Notes under the pieces: model-generated | What the model was told of the DNA's origin: nothing | Databases searched by the model: none | The model's input: the letters and a program-made list of their open reading frames with translations, nothing else | Assembly: GCF_006345805.1 (NCBI RefSeq) | Contig: NC_043001.1 | Coordinates: 94,612,001-94,676,000, forward strand | DNA length: 64,000 nt | From: Octopus sinensis | Taxonomy: Eukaryota | Direction of reading: 5' to 3' | Shown: positions 13,003 to 26,650 of the stretch, one piece after another | How positions within the stretch are numbered: position 1 is the first letter of the stretch | Layout: each line of letters begins with the position of its first letter | Position numbers and translations under genes: made by a program

Positions 13003-13084
13003 CATTATTATGCCTTCTTCTTTTCTTCTTCTTCTTCTTCTGATTATTGTTATTATTATTATTAATATTATTATTATTATTATT
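12887..13084. repeat. Long (ATT)n tract with embedded (CTT)n
   Basis: Seen directly. Confidence 0.95.
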
Positions 13085-13454
13085 TAGTTTTTTTTTTGTT
13101 CTTTTTAGTCTAAGAGATTCAGCGTCTGATAAATGATTTGTCTGAAGCGTATATGTCAATAAATATTAAAATAACTTTTAAATGATTTTGCTGAGATATT
13201 TCAAAAAATAACATTTCCATAGATTCTGAATGTTTCCAACAGAAACTTGCTATACCGTTGCAGTTATGCATTTCTGAAGAATAAACCATGCGTTATATAC
13301 ACTGAAGGATCGAGAGCGGATAATCGTAAACACAATTTTAAGTAAAGAGAAATACATTTTTTTATGAAAATAAAAACATACCAATAATTTTAATAGCAAC
13401 CTAATGTATAATTATTAATTTATCACATGCAAAATTATATTTCTCATTAGCAAG

Positions 13455-13779
13455 CTAGGTGAAATGATGACCGGCATTTCGTCCGTCTCTGCTTTCTGAG
13501 TTCGAATTCCGCCGTTGCTTTTAATGTGCAGGCGTGTGTGTGTTAAGAGGCTTGCTAGGCGTAGGCCTGGCTCTATGTTAAATGGCATGGTTCCCAACCA
13601 CATCGTTCAGGGCACCTTCGGCAAGTGTCTTCTACTATAGCCCCGCGTCGCCCAAAGCCGTGTGAGTGGATTTGGCAGACAGAAATTGAAAGAAGCCCGT
13701 CCTATATCACACCAACATCGGTTGTCAATCGATGGTGGTATGACAAACACGGACACACAAATACATACATATATAATTA

Positions 13780-13872
<93 letters not shown>

Positions 13873-14110
13873 GACATATATATATATATATGATTATATA
13901 TGTATGTAGTTGTGTGTCTGTGTTTGTCCTCCCACCATCGATTGACAACTGATGTTGGTGTGATTAGGTTTTTGTAACTCGGCAGTTCGCCAAAAAGACC
14001 GACAGTGTAAGTTCTAGCCTTAAAAAGAAAAACCCTTGGGTCTATTTGTTCGACGGAATGTTGTGCTCCAGCATGACCGCAGTCAAATGTCTGAAAGAAG
14101 TAAAAGAATG
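13455..14110 (+). mobile_element. SINE family B head followed by SINE family A copy carrying an internal inverted duplication around (TA)n
   Basis: TTCTGAGTTCGAATTCCGCC head; CAAGTGTCTTCTACTATAGCC..GTGAGTGGATTTGG..GAAAGAAGCCCGTC body; arms 13706-13784 and 13886-13964. Confidence 0.8.
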
Positions 14111-14898
14111 AAAAAAATCAGAGAAATATGCGTCACAAACTTTAGTTGATTAGATAACTATATTTATCATACTTAATGTAAATAAATCTTTGGAATATAA
14201 TATTATTGCTTTATTCGTCTGGCGATATTATCGCTTATGGGTGGAAGAAATTTGCATATGTCTTCATCATCTACTGTTGGCACGAGTATCGTGTACGTCC
14301 GATATATATTATGCATTTGATTTCTAATCACGGCATATCTATATTATATTTTATCTTCAGAAGGATACTGTAATGCCTTTGAAGTTGTATTTACAGAAAA
14401 CAGGATATATAAATGTAACATATATCTTTAATATATACACTGTATATACATGATGCATACAACTTAATTCTTCATCTCTTGTTTCTGTCTTTGGACTGCG
14501 AACATGTTGTTTTAACAATTTTATTTCCACGAATTGTACTAAGTGGCATTCATAAACACTTCGATGTTCTATACAATCAAAGATAACCAGACACACACAA
14601 AAACACACACACAAAAACACACACACAAAAACACACACACAAATGCAAATATAGGCAGAGTATGATACTGCCAGTAGACACTGCAAATTTACAATGTTTT
14701 TTGTGGTAAGTTGTTCTGTACGTCCCGACGAAACTGTACAAAGCCGAACTATAGGATTCATACATCACCGATTTTAACATAATTTTATGTCTGGAGCAAT
14801 TTTTGATTTTGTTCTATGAATGCAAGAAGTTTTTGAAATACTGTTGTGTCTCTATGTATTACAGGTATGTCATATAATATCATATCATATGTCATATT

Positions 14899-14987
<89 letters not shown>

Positions 14988-14999
14988 CATATAGTGCTT

Positions 15000-15222
15000 C
15001 AACTTTTTATTTTAAATAAATTAAATTTTGAATTTTATTTTTTATATATTTTGTATATTATATTAATTAACTTTATTTCTATGTTTTGGTTTATGTTTTT
15101 CACTGTTTGATTTGCCAAATAGTGGTTTTATCTCTAATTTAATATATATATGTATATATTTAATCCTAAATCTAACTTTTCCCTGTAAGTTTGGATTTAC
15201 TCCCTACTATTATTATTATTAT
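15000..15222. repeat. AT-rich interspersed repeat (family D), related to 21860-21925 and 33451-33635
   Basis: Shared AATAGTGGTTTT.TCTC.AATT and TTTAATCCTAAATCT..TTTCCCTGTAA.TTTGGATTTA.TCCCTA motifs. Confidence 0.75.
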
Positions 15223-16146
15223 ATATATACACAAATATACAGGCAAACACCCCCCTTGTGTGTTTGAATTCAATTAATCTACCCAAAATGTTATTAATTT
15301 ATAGAACTTAGTTTTAGAGGTATTTCTAAGACCACAGAAAACTATTGTTTGCAATACCTTCTGTTTGTAATTTGATAAATATGATTTTATTTGCACTGAA
15401 TAAAGATAGATATATTTACGTTGTTTTACTTTAAGCTTTTAATCTTCACCTAACTACAAGATATGAAAAGTCTGTATATTGTAGATTCTGCAATTAATGG
15501 CTTTGGTATTCCATGTCATGAATATGATGTATCTAGTGCAAATGTGAAAGTCTTGTATTTCTTCTTAATTAAAAATAGCGTTTTCCTGCAAAATCAATAA
15601 TAAAACATTAATAATTCTAATTTTGATAAATGTTCATTAAAGCTGTGATACTCTCGGTTTAACGTCAACGCTTCATTGCAGGAATTATCACGTCTTAATC
15701 AATCAAAACACCGGTCAAACACACACATTCTATTTGATGACATCTAGTCTACAATTTCAACTCTATTAAATTTTTTGCCGTTTAGTGTTTTTGAAATCAT
15801 TTTATACTACATTGGTTGATTATGCAGTATTGTTATCGTTCAAGTCGTGTTTGTTAGAAGCATTAGGTCTTACTTGCGATATAGAAATTATTTTTTACTT
15901 GCAGATAATGCTGTTGTATACGGTTAAGAGTGTTAAGATTTTAACTAAATTTGGTTGCATTTTCTAACAATTCGATCGATTACAACCAGATACAAATAAT
16001 CCGTAACACAACTGAAATTATTAAATTACTGATAATAGGAAACGATTTGAACACTTTAACAATAATATTCTTAAACAATAGGAGACATTCTGTAAGGATA
16101 TCACAAAACTCTTTTGTAAGAAAATTATAAACATTACACAGTAGCG

Positions 16147-16400
16147 ATGACCGATTCACGAGTACAAAATTCACGAAGGGACGTGACATTTCTTATACCT
16201 AGAGGACTACAAAACATCCTGTATGAGCAGGAAGCTTCAATCTTATAAATAAGAAAGGGCAGGTGTTTTAACTGCAGCAGCCGCTCTAAGGTGGGTACGT
16301 GTTTCAATTTCTGTGCGAGATACTGTCTTCAATTGCTTTATAAGATGTTTAATCACAATTACATCTGTAAGTTAAAGTTTCGTAAAGCATTTTGTTATTA
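16147..16400 (+). pseudogene. Possible piggyBac-like transposase C-terminal cysteine-rich remnant
   Basis: One frame with one stop: MTDSRVQNSRRDVTFLIPRGLQNILYEQEASIL*IRKGRCFNCSSRSKVGTCFNFCARYC; Cys spacing resembles the piggyBac CRD, but no DDD core or TIR was found. Confidence 0.3.
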
Positions 16401-19400
16401 AATTGTTCATTGTTTTACAAGTACTCTATTGAAGAAACATATTATATGCAGAATGATTATGAAACGGAAACATATGAACAATTAAAATAAACATATCTAT
16501 CTTTTTATCTTTTTCATAAAACTCTTAAATACTAATAAAGAAGTATATATTATAAAGACTTAGTTGAATGGTAACTTAGAATGAAACTTAATTTATGCGC
16601 TAAACTGCAGTTCTAAATGTTTTAGCAAACGTCACCGGCGTCAAAATCCGAAGAAAATGATTTAAACACATCTTGTAGTGTGAACCATTTTCCTTCAAAC
16701 CTTTTAATGGCTATTAATATTATTAAGCATTTTTTCTAAATAAAAATATGTCATTTACATTTAGGTGACCTCTTTCGATTTCGGCCATATTTTTGAAGAA
16801 AATAGAAAAGGAATTGAATGATTAATAAAGCATATTCAATGGATCATATATTTTGTCCTCCCGACTCATATTTTTAATCACAAGATAACTACTAGTCTCT
16901 GAAAATTCTCAAGAATGTCGGCGTCAGAATATTGAACAGCACGAAGAAAATAAAAGTGGCAAACTTTTCTCAGTTGTGTTATTTAATATCTACACACGTG
17001 CCATATATGCTTGGATTACATTTCTATGCGTTTCCTTTTACGACTCTGAATGCGTTATTTTTAGATTCATTGAAGTAGCTTCTTTATTACACGTTAAAAT
17101 GTAGTGTTTTAAACCGATAAAGTCATTTTACACTAGCTATTTGATATTCTCCAGTGGTTTGCATAACGATTGTCACTTTTACGAAATACCAATATTTGAA
17201 CGTGTTTCAATTTTACCCTTAAGGCAAATGTAGATACTCCCAACTTATTTTATTGTTATTATATCATGAATTATGCATGATTAATAACTTAGCATTTCTT
17301 CATGAATAAAGCAAATATTTTTAATCAATTACAAAATAGTTGCAAGTTATTATAGATTTTTTCTTCAATTATTATATAATAACAATACAATTTCAATGTA
17401 GCAACGTATAAGAGTATACCGCGTACATATTATATAACAGGGAATGGCAAATATTACAAAACAGAGCAAGGCATGCCAAGGATATTCTGAAAAAATGCCT
17501 TTTGAAATCTGTAAACTATGTTCATAAATTATCTTTACAACTCTCAAAATTCATTGTACTCTATCATCCAGCGGTATTCCTTTCAGCTCATGGACACACA
17601 TGGAAGTGTTCTGAAGTGTTTAAAAAATTATTTATTTGCGAGGAAACTCTGCCGAGTTCTCCTTATTTTGCATTGTTTTTTGAAGATTTTAAATCGTTAA
17701 GATTATTTATGGACTAACAGTATTTTCACGAGTTTTCTCGAGAATTGTCATATTCTTTTGATTACCATGGTTTGTTATCACATTCCACCCAGTAACTATT
17801 GCACATACCTATAAGTCCCCTATAAAAAGTAGCTGCATAAAACCGGATGTATCAATCTGTTTAGAACATACGTTCATAGATATATCTGCTAAACCATCAT
17901 GAACACACAATTTTATGTCTCTTAAGTTTTCATAAACAAGTTTTCACAAAGTTTAGCTGCAGAAAATCATGAAACAGATAACTCGCTACTTTCAAAATTC
18001 AAACGCTGGGTGATTATTTACAACAAAACACATTCTGGAATATTCTGGAATGCATTCTACGGATTCAGTATGCAGCAGCATTCTATCCATTTTACCCTTA
18101 ATCTTCCTAGTTATCATCGATAGAATAATATTTACAACTATATTAGATTAGCTCAGCAGATTCCTATGGGTGTTGTTCTCCTATTTGGAGTAGTTGGAAT
18201 AGATTTAGGCGCCTTGTTGCTGCTCTACTGAAAGGAGATTATTCAAATGATAAACTAATAGACTGAACATTTATGCAAAACATATGTCATAAAACTGATA
18301 TACCTAAAAAGCAAGCCATTTGTAGAATCTCCAAAAGCTGTTATCATATCACAGAAAATATTGAAAATTTAAGCTATATAAAATTCTTTATATACATAGA
18401 AACTCCTCATCAAAAACCTAGATGAGGCAAAATGACTGCCACATAAGCATAACTTTAGCAAGTGGATTCTCACAAGTATTAAATCGATCTGAATTTTCGG
18501 ATAATACAATCTAACATTAATTGCTAGCTAAGCAAACACGTAGCTACGCAAGGTTTAGAACGTAGCATGCTGGCACGTGGTAAAAATTGAGCAGGATTAT
18601 GATCAACGCTTTTGTCAGTGATTGTTCAGAAAGATATACTGATTCTCCTAGAACAATCAACTATGAAATCTATCACTGTACTTCAGAACCGATTGCAAAA
18701 GTTGCATGTTCCTTAAAATAATACAGCAAATTTTCAGATGGGGTTGCAACGTACATATATGTACGCAGATAGCATTATAAATGTAGCATAAATTTAGAAA
18801 CTACCGGTAAAGTGTAAGCATTGATGGACAAGGAAGACATGGTATAAAACACTGAAATTCGTGATGAATAGTTTATATTACATGCATAGAGTTAAATATT
18901 ACAGATTTGATAAAAATAAATAAGTTTCAAATAGAGGAAACGAATACTAAATAAAAAAAAACCCCTCTCAACGATTTTCGCAATATGCCTGAGATCTACC
19001 ATAATATAAACTAAGTGGATACTTGGGGAAATTTTTGTAAGTAATATAATAAAATACTTCCCCAAATATGATTATACCCACCAGCGTATCAATCTGAAGA
19101 AGATTATATCTAGAATAAAATGTATGTTGCATGAAACCCACATTCAAATACAGATGTACTGTGCATACACAAGCTCGTTGAAAGATAACAGAGATAAACA
19201 AAATAAAACTAAGATAGATACTGTGGATTATGCAGCTATCAGAGGAGTAAAAATTGAAACAAATAGAACAGGAATTACGATTAATTTATGAATGCATGTA
19301 TATATTATTTCACATAATGAGTACGTCATGATCTCTACATAGACCAGAGATGTGAGCATTTCAATCATGAGCGGCGCGCATACACACCAACAGGCAACTA

Positions 19401-20804
19401 CAAGCCTACGTTCGTCCGTGTGCATATGAATATATCTGCAGGAGTGTGATTGCATTTTATGTTAATACATTTTATTACGTGTACTAAGAACTAAAAAACA
19501 AATTTCTAATAATTATTTTAATTTTCTTTCATCATTATTTGAAATCACATCGGTAATAAACATAACAGCACGGTTAAATCGACAAAATATGTTTTGAGTA
19601 TGACACTGACATATAATTCACTTTCGTTAGTTTATAATATGAGGTCATAGTTAAAAGAGAAAGGGATCTTGATAAGACAGACAGCAACGATGAAATTACG
19701 CGCATTTACTTTCCAGCACACTTCATTTCTCTTTATAATTTTTTTTTTAATTCAGAGTCTATTTTGGAAAATTGTATGCCAGTTGTACCATGTGGAATAA
19801 AAAATATTGTTCCAAATTATCATTAAACAATTCTAATGTGGTGAATTTCAATGAAGTAGAAGCATGAAATGTAGTCGCGTATGACGGAATATCTGATTGT
19901 AAATAATAAAATATGTATTACATATCCAAGCGTGTTATGCACATTACAATGTAGCATTCAGCTTGGATAATCTATGTTGTGTAATGGCCGTACATATGCC
20001 ATCACCAAACTCCGAAATATTGAACTGAACAATATCGAAGATTTGAGACAAATCCACATAGCTGTCCTCAAGAAAATAATCAGTTTTAGTAAAGCGTAAC
20101 CATAGTTTCTAGAACGTACAAGTTTGATTGTAGATGCCATGATTTGAATTTAAACTGATGACAATAACTCTGTTATACCTGTATTGTTTAAAATTTATGA
20201 CAACAGGCATGGCAATTATTGTTATATGCAGTTCCAATATGAAGTCCAATGATACATAGCTGAAAGGGACAGAATCGGTATACATTAATTCCAATGACAA
20301 AAATTGATATTTGGAGAGACACAGTCTTTGATCGCAAGTGAATTTAGGGGCATATGGATATATAATCATTTGAATGAAGCACATCAACATTTACGAACGT
20401 CAAGAATACATTTATTTAATACAGCCCACCGAAAATCCTGATGGTAAAAATTATAAGTATTTTGATCTTAGACAAAAATTGCATTAGCATTCATATATAA
20501 TATTGAGTAAGACATTGACTGTGCTCCCACACATCTTATCGCTCTCGGATTATCGTACGAAATCCTTTCATTGCATTATTCTAAAGTAATGTTTGTAACT
20601 ACAAGAGATCATTCCCTGTTTAGTTTGGATGAAGTGAGAGTGTTACATTTAACCCATTTCATCACACGCTTAAATAGCTGTCATGTTGGATTATCTCGCA
20701 TGTCAATCATTCTTAATAACTCGAAGCCATTATTTCTATATTTTTATCTGGCTAGTAACTACAAATTATTACAAGTATATTCGACTGTAGTCATGTACTT
20801 TATC

Positions 20805-20885
<81 letters not shown>

Positions 20886-20945
20886 ATATTATATATATGT
20901 ATATTTATATTTATATACATGTATATATATATATATTATATATAT

Positions 20946-21002
<57 letters not shown>

Positions 21003-21281
21003 TTATATTTATATACATGTATATATATATCTATATCTATATCTATATATATATATGTGTGTGTGTTTGACTGCATGCGTATCGTTGGCGATTTTCTTTC
21101 TCCGTCTTCCCTTCCTTACAAACTTTCCTTTTTATATGTTACCGACGAAGAGTTCCGTATTAAATAAAGTTAAAACCTCTTTGTTTCTTTACTTTCCTGA
21201 GAGTCCAATAACTCTATACTTGTTCCACGTCCTCGCGTTGTTATGTTTTCTCTTTTTTTATGTTTGGATTAACTATATATA

Positions 21282-21576
21282 TTTTTTATGCGCCTTTTTC
21301 ATGTCTAGCCAGGTTCATGGGTCCGGTTTCCCGGTTTCTATGGCGTATGTGTTTTCCCCCAGCTGAATGGGACGCTAGTCCATCGCAGCGTTACTCAAGA
21401 AACAGGAAGAAAGAGTGAGAGAAAGTTGGGGCGAAAGAGTACAACAGGGGTCGCCACCACCTTCAGGAGCCTCGTAGAGCTTTAAGTGTTTTTGCTCAAT
21501 AAACACACACAACGCTCGGTCTGGGAATTGAAACCGCGAGTCCGCTCCCCTAACAACTGGACTATTGCGGATCCAC
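21282..21576 (-). mobile_element. tRNA-derived SINE family C, near full length
   Basis: Colinear with the reverse complement of 30547-30863, including an A-rich tail. Confidence 0.85.
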
Positions 21577-21631
21577 ACACACATACACACACTCACACAC
21601 ACACACACACACACGCACGCACACACACACG

Positions 21632-21680
<49 letters not shown>

Positions 21681-22063
21681 CTATATAAAATATTAGAAAA
21701 AAAACACCTTTTATCAATTCAAAATGAATAATTAAATTACACCATCTAGAAAATTACATATAATAGAAATGTTAAAATTAAAATAACAATTAAAAAGTAA
21801 AGATTAAGTAAATTACAAAAATAATATAATGTATATAACAGGTGTGGAATTTGATTTAGTATTTCAAAATTGAATTATTTTTCCTTGTAAGTTTGGATTA
21901 TATTCCCTCAAATAATAATTATATATATATATATATATATATATGCTCACAAGAGATATCTATAATATAAAATTGACGTAGAATTAAGTTATTGAAATAA
22001 GAATAACTGCAGGTCTGTAAAATATATCAATGTATATGTACGCACACACAGACACTCACACCG

Positions 22064-22127
<64 letters not shown>

Positions 22128-25100
22128 GTTTGTGTCTCTGTGTGTGTCTGTGTGTATGTGAGTTTGTGTGTGTGTGTCTGTGTGTTCATCTGTGTGTGAT
22201 CCATCTCTAAATACAGTTTCATGGCTGCTCATTTTGGTTCAATTCTGACAAAATTTCGATTATTGAAACTTAGTAACTACTTGAAAACAGGAAGAAATAA
22301 GTGCTGAAATGAAATATATATACATATAATTGCATTCCTTTCCATTACGTTTCCGATTTTTGAAATATATTATATCAATTTCATTATTGCCCCATCTATA
22401 GTCGATGCCATGTATATTCTATCATTGGGATTCTTTTAATTAAATAACCCATATCAACGCATGAATATTTACACATATTGTGAAGCCTAATAATTCGACT
22501 CCTCTACACGTAAGTTTTAATGAGACATATGAATGTTCATTATGCAATAACAGCGGGTGAGATGCAGTTAACACATACCATTTACAGGTGTAGTTAAAAA
22601 AATAAATGAAAGAACAGAAATCCTGTAATGATGATCCTTTGCATATTCCACATGTAAAATGTTGATTTCCTGAAAATACCTTTCAGTTTTCAAGACTGAA
22701 CACAAATCATAACATTATAATGACTAACCTTGGTGTATAGATATACTTTCAGTTTACTTTTCTATGGAAAATAGGTTGTGTTTGAACAGCAGGAGGACAA
22801 ATGAATATGTTTAAGAGGTGACAATAATAATACATATTTGCATTGTTGAATCCGCAAGCAGGCAGTCAATATCGGTAAAATAATAATGAAGATATTCAGT
22901 CTAAAACAAGCAAACATAGATTGTCTTCTACGAGTACTGTTGATACAATTCTGACAATTTAGAAAAGTGATGTCTTATTTAACGATCGGTTTATCCAAAT
23001 ATTCTATTGGCCATGTCAAGACCGAAGGAAAACAAAGAAATGCCCTTGAATAATAATACAGCATTGAAAGACATCGCTTTTAATGGAATTATGCTTGGCG
23101 TTATGGGTAGAGGATGTGATAAGTCGGTATTATATGAAAACATATAAGAGAGGTGAACGCAGAAATATCTATAAAGGGAAGATGAAAAAGTGAATGGGCG
23201 AGTGAGAGGTTTAGGAAGATTTATGGATGTGGCAGTTTTTGAAAATACGAAATAGACAATAGGAATTGTGTATATAAGTGCGTATAAGCGTGTGTCGGTT
23301 CCTGAGTGCGACAGCTAAACAGGAGGTGTATTGAAGCAAATATAATGACTGATTGAAAACAATGCCAACCTCTAGCAATTGATCCTTACCGACAGACAAT
23401 CAAATTTGATGCAAAGAATACATCTTAGAGTAAACAATAATTTGTTCATAGGTCAGATTACATTCGCGAAAGGTGGTCGAGGTCTATTTGCCTCGTCGTT
23501 AATGATATAATTTTACACTTGAGACCTACGAAGCAAAATCTCACAAAGAAATAAAAAATCGACCTTTTCACGAAAATTTGTTTCAAACTCTATATTGCGT
23601 AAATATCAATATAACTCCGAATGATTTGTTTTCTACACACACAATGTAACGTGGCACAAACACACGCTGACAATTACACTCATAGAGACAAATAAATAGA
23701 TAGATAGACAGATAGATAAGTAGGTGGAGAGAGAGTGTGTGTGTGAGTGAGAGAGAGGGCGAGTGGGAGAAAGGTAGTCAGAGATCGTAAGTGGGATGTA
23801 TACAGAAATGCACACATAGATATATGTGTTTCTGTGTTCATATTCCCGAGGGGAAATTATAGAAATATGCTGTGGTACGTGAAGAATGTTAAAGTGTATT
23901 ATGAAGAAAAATACGTGTTCCATACACAATTGTTGAAGAGAAGGAAATCTATGAGAATTTCCAAATGTTCTTATTTTATACAAGATGGAAAACACTTGCG
24001 GCAAAAGAGAACAGATTAATTTTGTGCTTAGAAGCAAATTGATGTTTAGGCTGTTTACGGCTATGTTTTTAATAAGGAGGGGTTGTAAAATGCCTACAAT
24101 TTTTACATTTGTAATAAATGAAAGTGCACAATATTTAAATAATATTCTTTGATTGGCTTCATTATATATTCGTTCAACGAAAAAATGTTTCCGGTCATAA
24201 TATGAAGACATCTATTTTCTATTCCCCGTAAAACAGTAACAATAATATCTGAATTCATCGCGCACCGAAAGAATAAAACTTATGCGCTGTATAATATATA
24301 TGTATGGTATATTATTGGTTATTGTTGCAGAAAACCGCTTCTTCCACGTGTAAGAAAGCCTTCGGCAGCTCAGGACTTTTAGATTTAGAATACAAAGGAT
24401 TAAATTCATTATAATTAAGGACAGGATATTAGACTGCAGAAAGAACAAATCCGTGATGATTACTTTATCCAATACTGGTTATAGAAGGATTATTGCAATT
24501 AATTTCAAGATGAAGCTACAGTTTCTAGTAAAATATGTTAGGGAGACTCCCGTTGACTAACAGATGCATTATAGGCAGAATATTTCGTCTTCAGAAATAT
24601 GGTGAAAGGAATTAATATTTTTTTTCTGCGTGCTTGCTCGATGAATTAATAAAAATTTCAGCCCTGTAATGAGAGGAAAAACTACTTCACAAAGTAAGTT
24701 CTGTGGAGGACTTTCTTGACTAAAGCCAACTGTGGTTACGATCTAAGGGAAGAAACAAACTGAATATAAAACATAAACGATAACAGATGATCGAGTTATT
24801 CATTATTTTGCTTCAACAGAAGATTATCGGAAGAACAAAATTACTTGCTTAACGGCAAAAATGTTCCATTAAGTACGACAAAGAAACCTGAAGCAAAAAT
24901 AAATATCCATGATACTTTGTTTTACCGCCAAATATTTGTAATACATACAAACTTACACACATGCACACACACACACATATATTTACAGATGTATATTTAT
25001 TCATATGTATATATGAGTGTGTATGTGATGTGGGCGTGGACAAAATTTCAAATAAATTATCTGAAGAATTGTGGTTGCCTAAGTTTCAAACCACCCCGCT

Positions 25101-25789
25101 TTTTGATATTTCAATAACATCCAAAAAAGTTATGGAGCTTCTCAAAGCTGTTCAGATTTTATACAAACACATGAATATATGCTTATGTGTAAACATGTAT
25201 ATATTTATATTATATATACATCGAGAATGAGTGGAAGCGATGTATAGATAAACCAGAGAGACAAGGCCAATGAGTATACAAGGTGAGAGAATATTACCTT
25301 AGTATTCTCTTAGTATACTAGAATATTCTTAATATTCTCTTAGTGAGATAATAATGATTGAGAATATATATGTGAGCCATAGAATATACACAGTTTAATA
25401 TGTAATTAAACTGCGTATTTTATGAAGTTAATGTGAGTAAAAATGTGCCTGATGGAAGAAGTGATAGAGAGCGAAAGAATAACCAAAATAAAAGTAGTTT
25501 ACATGGAAGTTGGGAAAATAAGAAAAGAAAAATTAAAATAAGAAAATACTTCCAATAATATGAATGGAAAGAGGTAGGAGGGAGTAAATATATATTTTGA
25601 TAAATGTTGAGAGTAAGTAGCAGATAAAAGAGATGGAATAGACATGGCTACTCTCAGAAAACAATTCAGAATACCTCTACCAATATTGACATAATATGAG
25701 CTAGTAGTTCCAGATATAGCACTATAGCACGGTTTGAAGTTTCTGCCTACTGACATCAAATCAAAAGTCAGAGACGTATAACAAAGTGT

Positions 25790-25863
25790 GTGTATGTATG
25801 TATGTATGTATGTATGTATGTATGTATATATTTTGTATGTATGTATGTATGTATGTATGTATG

Positions 25864-25926
<63 letters not shown>

Positions 25927-25945
25927 GCGTGTGTGTGTGTGTAAT
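25790..25945. repeat. Compound (TATG)n/(TA)n/(TG)n microsatellite
   Basis: Seen directly. Confidence 0.95.
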
Positions 25946-26448
25946 TACGCATATGTATACATCTATATCATGAATATGATTTCTCTAAATTTAGCAATGT
26001 ATCTGCGGTTCATATCATTAAAAAGAATTGATTCTCCTGTTATATTCGTCTCTCTTGTGACAGACTAAACTGCTTTAATTTGATACTTTGTATTTTCTTT
26101 CTGAAACAGCATCAAAATATATCCGATACTAATTTTAACAAGCAATATGAGTTGTTGGATGTTAGTATATGCCATAGCAAGAAATATAATTACAGACGTT
26201 CCTTTCTTTTATTTTCCTTTTTTTTACCCAGATTTTACGTAGGCGTGCATTTGATCGGCAAAAAGATGTTCCTTTAATTCATACTGAAATTATGCATATT
26301 TAAAAATATTTTAGGTCAGTTATTATTTTTCCTTGTAATTTTATATTTTCAATTTCACGGCTTTATTGCTCCTTCAAAGTAGCATAAATTATCTTATAGT
26401 TATTAACTCATCTGGTCACATATGATAACAGCATAAGATACAATATAT

Positions 26449-26650
26449 TGGTTTCAAATTTTGGTACATGACCAGTAATTTCAGGGAAAGGAGTAAGTCG
26501 ATCACATCGTTTCCAGCGATCAACTAATACTTATTTTATCGACCCCGAAATTATGAAAATCAATTTGAACTCAGAAATTTGAACATATCGGAAGAAGTGT
26601 CGCTAAGCATTCGACTAGCGTGCTAAGAATTCTGCCTTGCTCGCTACCTT
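26449..26650 (-). mobile_element. SINE family B, old copy
   Basis: TTTCAAATTTTGGTAC..AAGTCGATCACATCG..TTATTTTATCGACCCCGAAA..TTTGAACTCAGAA..GCTAAGCAT..TCTGCC. Confidence 0.7.

Noticed and set aside
7335-14705. Chain of plus-strand exon candidates with PAN/Apple-like Cys patterns (for example 14361-14431 GYCNAFEVVFTENRIYKCNIYL*)
   Set aside because: Phases can be made to fit, but Cys spacing is incomplete and such GT-AG chains arise easily in AT-rich DNA; RNA evidence is needed.
17502-17717. C-type-lectin-like HTWKCSEVFKKLFICE
   Set aside because: Cys spacing (C-x9-C) does not fit the usual C-x7-C, and no upstream domain exons were found.
19958-20390. Protein-like short frames on both strands (for example KLWLRFTKTDYFLEDSYVDLSQ)
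   Set aside because: No recognisable family and no consistent exon chain.
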